DNA from: Eledone cirrhosa
Lineage: Eukaryota
Reading direction: 5' to 3'
DNA length: 64,000 nt
Assembly: GCA_964016885.1 (NCBI GenBank)
Contig: OZ024742.1
Location: 213,032,001 to 213,096,000 of the forward strand
Below, piece by piece: positions 38,386 to 50,589 of this stretch. Position 1 is the first letter of the stretch. Each line of letters starts with the position of its first letter. The translations under genes and the position numbers were made by a program. Under the pieces are notes generated by a model, which worked only from the letters and a program-made list of their open reading frames with translations, ran no database searches and was not told the DNA's origin.

Positions 38386-39477
38386 TGTATGTATGTATGT
38401 ATGTATGTATGTATGTATGTATGTATGTATGTATGTATGTATGTATGTGTGTGTGTCTGATGTGCATGTATGCATGTATGTGTGTGTGTATAAAATATAC
38501 TTACCACTAAAATGCCCAAAATGGCTTGCGTCCCATATAGCCTCTGAAAACAGAATCGCAGCTCCTGTCTTCTCGTGACGGAAGTGTTTGAAATTGACAA
38601 GAACTGGCAAAATCAAGTAACTCATGTCATAAAAAGCAATTGTTCCGAGTAGACGAAACTGTCAGCCTTGGATCACTCTGGTTTCAAAACCGGAGTAGAT
38701 GGGACTACTTCATCACAATTATATCATAACCAATCTCTGCGCTAGAACTCAGAAGTCATCCTAGTTGGTGTTAGGGCATGCACTAAGTTCACTGGCAATG
38801 AAGGACCCCGAGATGTTGTTACAACATTCTTCCAAGAGAGGGGAAACTCTGAAGTAAAACCTACGGTTTACGTGATTCATGGTCATCTTTGCTAGGCTTG
38901 TCACTAGATAATAATCATTGAGATTTAGAAAGTGGTACTCGTGTTGTAAACGAGTTTGTCATTAATTCAAGGTTATTCTAGCTCTCCAGTCAATGCTGCC
39001 AAACACTCTGAATTCTTGGCACCATATTAGGGTTATTGCTGCTACTTTTGGGGTGTCACGCAAATTTGTGCCATACTACCGCTTCCTTAGTTTCGTCACT
39101 TCGGATAGTGTAGTATAGGCGGGCACAGTCGCGGGCCCCCAGTCACATGTGCTGATGTGTCCTCTGCTGGAATGTTGTCAGTGCCTGTGAGTGAGGTATT
39201 CATCTTGCCTTTTGTTGCTGGATTAAAATGTCACTTCCAGGCACATGGGAGAGTATAGACTTACGGAAGTGGTTCAAGTGATGGTGAGACGGCTATCATC
39301 ATGATAGCCTAAAAGTGCACCAAACTCTATAATCTGATAAGCGATTGCAGTACTTTTAGCAGAGTTTGAAACCATCATCATATATATGTATGTATGTATG
39401 GAAGGATGGGTGCATATATGTATAGATGGATGTATGCATGTACGTATGCATGTGTGTATGCGTGTATATGTATGTAT

Positions 39478-39614
39478 ATATTAGGGCATATGAAACCCAA
39501 AAGAATGGACATTAGCCTTGCATACTTATCGCGAAAATAAGAGGTGTGGGTTCGATTCCCACGTATGTTAATGCACATTTTTTTCACGCCATGGGGATTC
39601 ATATGCCCAAATAT
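39478..39614. mobile_element. Small TIR element (MITE) with internal tRNA-like arms
   Basis: ATATTAGGGCATATGAA ... TTCATATGCCCAAATAT termini. Internal GTGGG-TTCGATT-CCCAC. Confidence 0.55.
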
Positions 39615-39849
39615 TTTCTGTAGTCAATATATCGTGAAGGCTTCTAATTCTATTTTATAAGCTATCTTATAGCATCTCGGCGCATGAGCACACCACGCTT
39701 TATATATATATATATAAAAGGAAGACAACATATTAAACAGGGTTTTCGAAACTAGAAATAGGTAGTAACTTAACCACTACCGTGCTGTTCGATACATTAA
39801 TCTCCATCGATTAATAGACCCTTTGAAAAGATCGTAAAACAATAAACTA

Positions 39850-40275
39850 CCTAGTAGTAACTACTCTAAAATTCATAACGAATAGTCTTCAAAATGTTTT
39901 AAAATGAACATTTAGTATACTATCAAATATACTACACGTACCTTCATATATACATCGCTATTTCAGAGCACCTATACTAATTTCAAATTTTTGCTGGGCC
40001 GGCAACTGCTCTGTATGTTAAGGAATTTAAACAGCTCGTAAACATAACTGGAATTCTATAAGAATCCAGCTTCTATAATTCTCGGCAGAAGCAAAGGGGT
40101 ATATAGTCGTGACAACCACTTACAAGTGTGAAACCGTACTACCGTCGATTACTTTAAAATTCATAACAAATGGTCTTCAAAATGTTTTTATATAACCATA
40201 CAATATATTGTCAAATATACTATACATACATTCATATATACATCGGTATTTCATAGCACCTATACTAATTTCTAA
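39850..40275. repeat. Diverged ~130-bp direct repeat (39850-39985 / 40148-40275)
   Basis: Shared taaaattcataac..tcttcaaaatgtttt..ttcatatatacatcg..gcacctatactaatttc. Confidence 0.75.
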
Positions 40276-40391
40276 TATATATATATATATATACATGCAC
40301 GTACACATGCACGTACACATACACACGTATGCATACGCACGTACACATACGCACGTACACGTATACACATGCACGTACACGCGCCCGCGCG

Positions 40392-40457
<66 letters not shown>

Positions 40458-40887
40458 CACACACACACGCGCTCATACACACATATATATAAACATATGT
40501 GTGTGTGTGTGTGTGTTATTTGTATATTATTTTTTTTACTGTATTCAAATGTTTGTACCCTGTAGAAAATAAAAATCATCAGCATCGTTATATCAACACG
40601 TTCACTACCAGCACTATAATTACAACTCTACGACTGACTATATTATCAGACAGAAATAAATTATAGTCGACATTGTCACTGCTGGAAGTAATATCATTAA
40701 GTAAGAGTAAATGTGTGGTTGTGTTTAGGAAATAGTAATTTTGTATGTGCGTGACGGTGGGGGAGGTTTGGAATTGGGTGAGATGTGGGTTTATAGATAA
40801 TGTCATACTGAGTGGCAGTAAAAGTAGAGCTAGGAATCCAGTTAATTTGTCATATGCTATAGTAGGAAAGTATGGTGGAGTTCTGAG

Positions 40888-41987
40888 CTATGTACGTATG
40901 TATATATGTATGTATGTGCGTGTGTGTGTGTGTCTATGTGTGAATGTATGTATGTGTGTGTATGTATGTATGTATGTATGTATGTATGTATGTATGTATG
41001 TATGTATGTATGTGTATGTATGTGTATGTATGTATGTATGTATGTATGTATGTATGTATGTATGTATGTATGTATTATGTATGTATGTGAGTATGTGTGT
41101 GTGTATGTATGTATGTATGTATGTATGTATGTATGTATGTATGTATGTGCGCGTGTGTGTGTCTATGTGTGAATGTATGTATGTATGTATGTATGTATGT
41201 ATGTATGTATGTATGTATGTATGTATGTATGTATGTGTGTGTGTGTGCGTGTATGCATGCATGTATGTATGTATTATGTATGTATGTGAGTATGTGGGTG
41301 TGTATGTATGTATGTATGTGCGCGTGTGTGTGTCTATGTGTGAATGTATGTATGTGTGTGTATGCATGTATGTGTGTATGTATGTGAGTATGTGTGTGTG
41401 TATGTATGTATGTATGTATGTATGTATGTATGTATGTATGTATGTATGTGTGAATGTATGTATGTGTGTGTGTGTGTATGCATGCATGTATGTATGTATT
41501 ATGCATGTATGTATGTGAGTATGTGGGTGTGTATGTATGTATGTGCGCGTGTGTGTGTCTATGTGTGAATGTATGTATGTGTGTGTATGTATGTATGTAT
41601 GTGTGTGTATGCATGTATGTATTATGCATGTATGTATGTATGTATGTATTTATGTATGTGAGTATGTGGGTGTGTATGTATGTATGTGCGTGTGTGTGTG
41701 TCTATGTGTGAATGTATGTATGTATGTATGTATGTATGTATGTATGTATGTATGTATGTATGTATGTATGTATGTATGTGTGTGTATGTATGTATGTATG
41801 TATGTGTGTGTATGCATGTATGTATTATGCATGTATGTATGTATGTATTTATGTATGTGAGTATGTGGGTGTGTATGTATGTATGTGCGTGTGTGTGTGT
41901 CTATGTGTGAATGTATGTATGTATGTATGTATGTATGTATGTATGTATGTATGTATGTATGTATGTATGTGTGTGTATGTATGTATG
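40888..41987. repeat. (TATG)n-based array with higher-order units
   Basis: Recurring gtgtgtctatgtgtgaatgtatg and gtgagtatgtgggtgtg variants. Confidence 0.92.
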
Positions 41988-42600
41988 TCACCAGTTGGTC
42001 ACCAGTTGGTGCTACTGGTAACATGTATCCCAGTACAACCTGTCCCATGGTCGGGTCGTTGGCGACTAAACTGGCAACCCCACCAAGGTTTCTTGGTGAG
42101 GAGGGTGACTTTGGACATCCTGCAGGACTAAAAACAAAACCTGTCAAAGGGCAAAGGAGCTCTTAAGAGTCAATGGCGATCCAAAATCACCGGCAGAGAT
42201 GACCCCTTAGCCTTTGTCAAGGCAGAATTCTAGGAGAAGGAAAACTCTGATATAACACCTGCAACCCTGATGGTATCCAATGATGTTGACTTGTTCTTCT
42301 TTTTGGTAAATATCATCTTGGTTAAGAGAGTGGACTGGCTTTGTGCAGTGCCTTTGCTCACTATAAAAGCTTCACGGCACAGGCATTGCTTTATATCTGG
42401 AGATCTCTCTGCACTTGTCGTCACATGGTACAATGGGCCCAGTACTATGTGTCAATAATTGTCACAAGTGTAGTGTTTGTACCAGAGTTTTCAAGTCGCT
42501 GGCTGGACTAAAAAGTCACACTCGTTCAGCGCATCGGTAGGGGTTCTCCTACATGGATATAAAGTAGTGGCCGTACACGAAAACGAGTTGGCAGCCACCA
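41988..42600 (+). mobile_element. Longest copy of the bipartite RTE-derived non-autonomous element (RTE-like 5' UTR + RTE 3' hairpin + (ATGT)n)
   Basis: No ORF. RTE 5'UTR-like CTAGGAGAAGGAAAACTCTGA. 3' hairpin homologous to the RTE termini at 37855-37890 and 61645-61685. Confidence 0.8.
41999..42109 (+). ncRNA. Twister-ribozyme-like motif lacking its 5' P1 strand and UAA
   Basis: P3 TACTGG/CCAGTA, P4 CCTG/CGGG closing loop UCCCAUGGU, downstream GAG-GAGGG-UGAC. Confidence 0.5.
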
Positions 42601-43197
42601 TGTATGTATGTGTGTATGTATGTATGTGTGTGTGTATGCATGCATGTATGTATGTATTATGTATGTATGTATGTGAGTATGTGTGTATGTATGTATGTGA
42701 GTATGTGTGTGTCTATGTGTGAATGTGCGCGTCTGTCTGTCTGTATGTATGTATGTATATATGTATGCATTTATGTATGTATATATGTATGCATGTATGT
42801 ATCTATATATGTATTCATGTATGTATGTATGTATATATGTATGAATGTATGTATATATGTATACATGTATGTATGCATATTTTTCGGTAGGCACAAGCGT
42901 GTAGTCATGAAATTTGCTTCGCATACATGGGGCTCCGTGTTAAGTCTATTGCTGGGTAGCTTTGGCATGTTTCACCCTAACCCTAACCCTAACTTAGCTT
43001 GAGGTCGACCGCAGTCTTGTGAATGAAATACGATAGAAGGAAACTGTGTAGAAATTAATCGGATGGATTTCAAAGGGCCAAATTTGTGGAATATTCAGCC
43101 ACATACATAGTAATATAATGAGTAGTTGTTCAATAATACAACACCTGGAATAATCATCATGGGAATCAACGGTAGATCCTTTTACATTTACATGTAT

Positions 43198-43546
43198 GTT
43201 TCTCTTTCTCTTAATTTCGAGTAGATGTTTCACCGGCCACCTTCCTGGTGGCAAGGTTGTAAAAGAGAAGAAATTATCATCCCTTGAATCGTAAGAATGA
43301 TTTGCAAATTTTGAAGGTGCCAGCTATCGCAGTCATTTGTAGACTATGAATTAGGGAGCTGCGCTCTTTGTCCACAAATCCAAGTTCAGTTATACATTGG
43401 TCCAAGTGGGTTGGTATATAACTTGTAGCTCCAATAATGATGGGTATGAAGCTGAAGGTGTGTCTTGGATGTCCTCCTTCTCTTGTATTTTTCTTACAAC
43501 GTTGACATCAAGTGGGCAGCTGATTTCTACAACAGAGCACGTTTTC
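43198..43546 (-). mobile_element. R4/Dong-type 3' fragment, decayed
   Basis: Homologous to 36106-36490. TATG units on both sides. Confidence 0.82.
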
Positions 43547-44389
43547 TATGTATGTATGCATGGATTTTATATATATATATGTATGCATGTATGCATATAT
43601 GTATGGATGCATGTTTGTATGTATGTATGGATATATGCATGTACGTATGCATATATGTATGCGTATGTATATATGTATATAAAGTATTTATATATGCATA
43701 AAGGCATGTATGATGTATGAATGCGTGTATATATGCCGTGTACGTATGCATGTATGCAAGCATATGTATGTATGAATGTATGTATTATGTATGTGTGTAT
43801 AAATGTATATATGTATATATGAATGTATGCATGCATACGCACCAGCAAGTTGTACCAGCCAAAACAAAGCTCGATAAGAAAATTAAGATTGGGCAAAAAT
43901 TTCATATAAATAAGTTTTTATATACTACATCAAATAAAAATTCACCTCTCAACATTATTGCAAAGTTACGACACTAAATTAAAAGAATGAGATATGGCGG
44001 ATGTCAACACCTATTACGTGTTACAATAATACAAACTGCACAGTAAATTTTTCAGTTTTGAAAAATTCTGTTAAGAGCCTGCACTTCTTACAGGCAACAT
44101 TAGAGCAATTTGTAGTAGTTTGAAGAATTAAAAGAAGCTATCTTACTAGGGATGTAAAAACTCAAGAAACTCGATCAGTGAATTAAAAATGTTTGACTTT
44201 TGTTTGATGAAAGATTTTGCTGTGTGGTACTATACTATCAGGTGGTTCAAGTTCCACTGTTATAAATTGGAGAACATCAATGTTCAGAAACTGGTCATTT
44301 TTAGGATTAAGTTGGAAAAGGCTCGCAATATAATTTTCAATCGAAAAGCGGCATCGCATCTCGAAACAAATCAGATTCCCAAACAGGAA

Positions 44390-44850
44390 TTAAGGTCCCA
44401 CGGCGAATATAGGTGAAATGATCTCCATTACCAGTTGACCGGCTTAGATGGTCTACCCTACGAAATTTACGCTTATATCCCAGATTTGTTTAGTGATCTC
44501 TTGTAGATGCCTACCGCAACTGACAGTAGAACGGAAGAATCCTCAGTTCTGTGTGCCAGTCAGCAAGGGCGCTGCAGAGAAACGACCCGAACAAAGCGAT
44601 CCGCATCGATAATTTTCGGCGCAGAGTTCAAGATGATGGTCAAGCTGTTAGCAAAAATGTTGGTGCTTGTCAACGATACTCTGATTGGGAAAGCTTAAAC
44701 ATGCGTCATCGTGAATAGATCCATGCACGACAACCTGCACCTCATGCGATACATCATAGCGAGGGTGGGTAAGGCACCAGGAGTAGGTGGGTCCCTGATC
44801 AGATATAACTAATCAAAAACTTTCGATAGAGTCGACCTTCAGATACTTGA
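44390..44850 (+). mobile_element. Decayed L1/Tx1 RT fragment
   Basis: GLDGLPYEIY, FKMMVKLLAKML, SMHDNLHLMRYII, SKTFDRVD. Confidence 0.8.
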
Positions 44851-45017
44851 AATATTATCTATCCATACCTGCGAAAGGGAAATGATGAAGTAAATATAAA
44901 TGTAATAAAGACATTAATAGATCAGCAAATAAACATAGATTATACATATAGAGAGATCAATACATAAAGAAATTATCATAGATAAATAGATAGATAGAGA
45001 GCGTTATATACATGCAT

Positions 45018-45071
<54 letters not shown>

Positions 45072-45074
<3 letters not shown>

Positions 45075-45292
45075 AAAGAATAGAGGTGTAACATACGAGT
45101 TATGATATATTGGTAAAAGGAAAAGAAAATGCTGACAAATTGTTCCCAGTGAAAAATAGTTTAATTAGGAATAAGTAAAAATTAGTAATAGTATTGGTTA
45201 GTATTCAGTTTTGGTTTTAAGTTTTACAGGTTGCGCATTTCTAATGCTTTTCAAAAATAATTTTGAGATAGAGCGCCCGTGCTCTAATCTTT

Positions 45293-45297
<5 letters not shown>
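45072..45297 (-). mobile_element. Module between (TA)n arrays, possible Penelope-like 3' end
   Basis: Minus strand GAAATGCGCA resembles the 16839 hammerhead. gaggtgtaacatacgagt resembles gaggtgtcctacacgagt at ~47050. Confidence 0.4.
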
Positions 45298-45327
<30 letters not shown>

Positions 45328-45333
<6 letters not shown>

Positions 45334-46733
45334 CGCAAACTCGTGCCATCGCCTGATAAAATGCTAAAAAATGTAGGCACGAATCTGGCCCTTTAAAACA
45401 GCCAAAGACTTGCACCTTCTGGCACACACATGGCAACTGTAGGCTCCTCTGGAACTTTCCATTGCTTGGTTCTGACTGTGTGTTCTCATATGTCTTTTAA
45501 GACCTCCCATGTTTGCACATTACTTGCTACTTTTCAGATAATAATCTACATGAGATCTACTGATATGACTTTGTTCATGTCTAATCAAACCAGTGCCGGC
45601 AAACCAGATGTTGCTTAACAGCAGACTGTTCAGAACAGTCCCTTGTGCTCACCTTCCTTTTCAGTGTTAGGTGTTCTCTTCGACGAGTTTCAAAGTGTTC
45701 ACTTTCTGACTTCATCATGCATCTCCACTTCACCCGCTCCTCAGCCATTTTCTCCCATTCTTCAGATGAAATCTCAGCGCAAGCCAAGGTGCTCCCGACA
45801 CAATCCCGGTACCGCAGTTCTTGGTCTATGTGGTGGTCGCCTTCCTTCGCACAGTTCACCGTAGAGAAGTTGCTTTGGAATACGATCATCAGGCATCCGG
45901 AACACGTGACTGCACCACCTCAACAGATGCTGGAAGATCATGCTTTCTATACTCATGCACCTGCTCCGTTCGAGAACTTCCAAATCACCGGCGAACATTT
46001 TCCATCGCACCCCAAGTATCTTACGAATAGATTGTTGGTGAAACCTTTCCAGTTCCTTGGGGTGCTTTCTGTATGTGACCCACGTTTCACCAGTATAAAG
46101 AAAAGAGCAGACGACACAATTAAGATACACTTTTACCTTGGTTTCAATGATGATACCCCATCTGGACTATAAACGTTCATCCAGCTGTCCAAAGCATCAC
46201 TGGCTTTTTTGATTCTTAAGGATATCTTAACATCAAGTGCGCATGAATTGTTCAACGTACTACCAAGGTAAACAAACTTGTCAAGCAACGTTTAGCCTCT
46301 TTCCGTACACGTACACACTTGGTGCAGTGCATTCTTTCCCAGGTACTGGCTGGTACATCACAACAGTCTTCTCCAAGCTTATTGTGAGGCCCAAAGCGCC
46401 GCAAGCTTCAGAAAAAGAGTTCATAATATGCTACATGTCACTTTGTGAGTGTGCAAAAAGATCGCAGTCATCTGCATACAAAAACCCTCGGATGATAGAT
46501 GTTAATACCTTCGTGCTTGCACCAAAGCACCTTATGTTGAACAACCTTTCTGGAGTGCGATGCTTGATATAAGGTCCATGCGAACAATTTTTCATTTTTC
46601 CTGAATGCCATGAGAAACACTACCGTAAAATATAAGGAAAACAGAGTTGGAGCCATTTTCAAATGATATTGGTTCTGAGATGCTACCACCAATACTGACC
46701 CAAGCCTTCATGCCATCATGAAAAAGACGCAGA

Positions 46734-46735
<2 letters not shown>
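45328..46735 (-). mobile_element. Decayed RTE (BovB-like) LINE, RT C-terminal half to 3' end
   Basis: FHDGMKAWV, APTLFSLYF, LYADDCD, ETWVTYRKH, LERFHQ, RIPKQLLYGEL. Terminal hairpin ggcacgagtttgcggccatc. Confidence 0.9.
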
Positions 46736-46764
<29 letters not shown>

Positions 46765-46952
46765 CTGAGTGACCCGAATCTTCCTGATCGTAATTTTTCG
46801 GTCGCATGGGTGATTTTAGACATAATCTTTGTGTGTTGGTATTTTAACGATAGTTATAGCTCTGATTTATCTGAATTATTGAGCCCTCTGCCACTCATGT
46901 CGAATTTGTTTATCGTAAACTCGTGAGCCGATTTTTCGATACTCGATTATTC

Positions 46953-47008
<56 letters not shown>

Positions 47009-47014
<6 letters not shown>

Positions 47015-47228
47015 GTGAGTTTTTTTTTTTACAAAATGAAAAATAACCGAGGTGTCCTACACGAGTGAAAGGATAAAGAAAAAGAGATGAAATCGAAAAT
47101 GCAACAGGAGTCTTATTTTTAAAAAAAATATATATATTTATTTGGTTCCAAATAAATATATATATTTTTTATATATATATATATATTTAAAAAAAAATAA
47201 GACTCCTGTTGCATTTTCGATTTCATCT

Positions 47229-47232
<4 letters not shown>
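47009..47232. mobile_element. Fold-back module between (TA)n arrays
   Basis: Inverted arms ~47081-47120 and ~47191-47232, plus an internal palindrome around 47145. Confidence 0.6.
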
Positions 47233-47285
<53 letters not shown>

Positions 47286-47288
<3 letters not shown>

Positions 47289-47488
47289 CGAAGGAAATGT
47301 GGTAAGGAACCAGGTGGACCATAACGCACCAAAGTACTCAATACTTGAGGTAGTAGAGTGGGTAATAGGAACCAGTAAGACCCCGACAGCTGAGCTCAAG
47401 CCGTTTCGACGGCTAATTCTGGACGGCTAATGCGTCCAGAATTATCCGTCGAAACGGCTTGAGCTCAGCTGTCGGAGTCTTACTGGTT

Positions 47489-47493
<5 letters not shown>
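47286..47493. mobile_element. Fold-back element, same family as 6699-6892
   Basis: Inverted arms 47365-47425 and 47433-47493. GAAA, stem III ACGGCT/AGCTGT, GUC. Confidence 0.72.
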
Positions 47494-47522
<29 letters not shown>

Positions 47523-47525
<3 letters not shown>

Positions 47526-48069
47526 CGTTTCTGAATTTGTTTAGCAAGATTCTTTATCTGAAAACGTGTGTTGAAACCGATATTGTTATGCTTTGGGAGG
47601 GTCATGTTGCCAATAAGAAACACACGCACCAGTTGCTTTCACTTCAATTTATTATAATAAATTAAATTTATAAATTTAGGAATTTATAAATTTCCGGTTG
47701 GTTGGTTGGTTGGTTCCACAACCAGATGATTGTTCATATATTGTCAAAGTTCTTTCGTCACACATTCTGTGACCTCTTCAGTGACTGGGGATTCTTTTCT
47801 TTGTTTGTGTGCCTCTCCTTTGTTCTGTCCTACGCCATCTTGTTTTTGGAGGCACAAAAAACAAAGAAAAGAATCTCCAGTCACTGAAGAGGTCACAGAA
47901 TGTGTGACGAAAGAACTTTGACAATATATGAACAATCATCTGCTTGTGGAACCAACCAACCGGAAATTTATAAATTCCTAAATTTATAAATTTAATTTAT
48001 TATAATAAATTGAAGTGAAAGCAACTGGTGCGTGTGTTTCTTATTGGCAACATGACCCTCCCAAAGTAT

Positions 48070-48077
<8 letters not shown>
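47523..48077. mobile_element. Fold-back Penelope-like remnant between (TA)n arrays
   Basis: ~230-bp inverted repeat 47580-47815 / 47849-48077. Hammerhead motif in each arm. Confidence 0.8.
47880..47922 (+). ncRNA. Minimal type I hammerhead ribozyme motif (mirror copy on minus ~47743-47785)
   Basis: GTCA-CUGAAGA-G-GTCACA..TGTGAC-GAAA-GAAC-UU-TGAC. Confidence 0.62.
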
Positions 48078-48142
<65 letters not shown>

Positions 48143-49002
48143 GTGAGAGATATAGATAGAGGTAGATAGAAATAGATAGATAGATAGATAGAGAGAGGGG
48201 GAGTGAGAGAGAGAGAGAGAAAGAGAGAGACGCAGGGAGAGAAACAATGATAGATAAATAAATTGATGAATGGATGGACTCGCGCTCGCTCGTTTATACA
48301 GGCACACGTAACAAGTGTATCTATTGCATCAATTTATCATAGATTTCGGAGCTTATAATACAACTGGAGTTTTCTTTGCAAAACAGCCGAAATTATATTG
48401 AAAACAATGTATGAGATAACAAAATCTACTTTACATATTCAATAAACTGGAGGTTAAAAAGACATGAATAAAAAATAGATCATAGTTTCAGGGTAATAGA
48501 AACGTTATTCGTGATAATCTCAACACGAGACAACACGAATTGAAATGTCACTGCACATAAAATCTAAATAACACGCATTTGAGACAAAAAAAAAAAAGAA
48601 AAAAGAAAAATGTAGAGGTAAATGCTATATTTGGTCCTGTTTATGTGTTGCGTATATAACCCGGTTTCGATTTTCTTATGCCCTTGGAAAGTTTGCTCCG
48701 TTCGCTTGTATCGTTTAATACCCTCAAGAAATGGCATAAGATTTTAGACAATGACATTTCTATTTTTATGAAAATATTTGGCTTTATATTAAAACTGTGA
48801 TCATTGACAGGTGTTTGTTAACAAAGTAGAATGTTGTTGCTGTCGCTGTTGTTTAGCCACAAGTCAACGCTGATCATAGGCTTTTAGTCATGACCATTCC
48901 GTATTTTTCTACATAGAAGCTACATTGTCCTTCATTTTTTTTTTAAAGATGGCAGTGTGTAATTTGAAGATTTGTTGTTGACGATTGACCCCCCCCCCCC
49001 CC

Positions 49003-49320
49003 AATTAACAAGTTCGCTAATCCGTTCTGTAAACATTACGTGCCGAGAACGACGTATTCAGCTTCATATAATCAGATCTCTGCCTACGAAGCTAATCTAG
49101 GTTAAGCGAACAGATCACAAATGTGTAGTCATTGTAGTCGACTACATTAAATTTTGGACAGCCTGCACTACTCATATGTACTGACCTACAGAGTACTCTG
49201 TACTCTATCTAGATACAATCTAGATGGCCCGATGCAATTTGACAATATCCACATTGGCACATTCGGAAAATTCAGACGGTAGCTGTCAGATAGTTAGAAA
49301 TGCCTGAGCAAACTATAAGC
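49003..49320 (-). mobile_element. Decayed L1/Tx1 endonuclease fragment
   Basis: Aligns by eye with 30852-31150 (e.g. tccacattggcacattcgg). Confidence 0.8.
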
Positions 49321-50007
49321 CCTGTGATTTCACTGGTTCCAGTGTCACGGTTCATGGATGATATTATTAGATCTTGCGAAATATCTTTTGTTGTTTGAGT
49401 TCTTCGGAAATATCCTAGATTTTAAGAGAAGAAAGTGTGGCTGTATGATAATGATCGAAGAAGCGGTTTGGCATGGCCGTTCTAAAGCTGATATTATACA
49501 ATAAAAGGAGTTGATTAACGAAACACCCTAAAAACATAACAAAATAAAAACTGAAACTTAGCAGCGAGGTTTAAAAGGAATTAACTGTACATTTCCATGT
49601 CTCACCCGGCATTAACTATTTTAAAGAAAAAATCCATACAACAACAAGGGAGGAAACAAACAAGAAAAATAATACTAAAACAAGCAAACAAATAAGCAAC
49701 TTTTAATACGTGTTTCAGGAACACAGAGGTTGTAGTAATTCATGAAGTGGCGTCTTAGTCAGGCATCGGTATCTGGTATGCATATACAATGTCTAAAAGA
49801 TGAGTCTTTGTGCAGGTGTTTGGAAGAAAATATAAATGATGAACAAGCATTCTTCCAGAAACATGTTATCAAATGGTAGGCTACAGATAAGGTTGGTTGT
49901 TAGTCTCTTAATCGTACACCGTATGAGATGCACGTGTAGGATGTATATTAATATATATGTTGTTTATTTTTGTTATTTATTTATTGCCCTATACTTTATA
50001 TATTTAT

Positions 50008-50150
50008 AGGCGGCGAATAGTGAGGGTCGTTAAAATGTAGTTTCAATGTTCTGCCGTATTCGTTCCGGCTCCCTGCTCACTGAGTTCAAATGTTACCGAA
50101 TTTAACTTTGCATTTCATCTTTTGTGGGCTGAAAAATAAGAACCACTTAA
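50008..50150 (+). mobile_element. Decayed SINE (Meta/MESC-like)
   Basis: ctgagttcaaat..taactttgcatttcatc. Confidence 0.65.
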
Positions 50151-50401
50151 TGAATAGCAATTACATCATACAGGAGACATTTTAGCCGTTCAAAGGCATT
50201 AAAAAACTGTACACTTCACAATACATTCATCCTAATGGAACTGTGCGACGAAAACTTTGACACTAGGAAATAAATGTTGCATATAAAGTGTTGATAACAG
50301 TCATTATGTGATTTGAAATGGCTGGAGGGTCTCTTCTACGATGCAATTACTTGAGTTTCAACATCCGGTTTTAGATTAAGTCGTACAACTTCGTAATATC
50401 T

Positions 50402-50468
<67 letters not shown>

Positions 50469-50473
50469 CCCTC

Positions 50474-50589
<116 letters not shown>

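Noticed and set aside
41988-42110. HDV-like ribozyme fold
   Set aside because: No room for a P1' strand between the putative P3' and P1.1; a twister-like fold fits better.
40745-42147. Many MYVC/HTYI ORFs (also 35500-38600, 52200-54000, 61400-61800)
   Set aside because: Translations of (TATG)n, (CA)n and (TA)n microsatellites.
42974-42992. (CCCTAA)3 telomere-like repeat
   Set aside because: Only three units, inside a decayed SINE.
46735-48110. CRISPR-like repeat-spacer layout
   Set aside because: The repeats are variable-length (TA)n, the spacers are 200-550-bp mobile elements, there are no cas genes and the context is eukaryotic.
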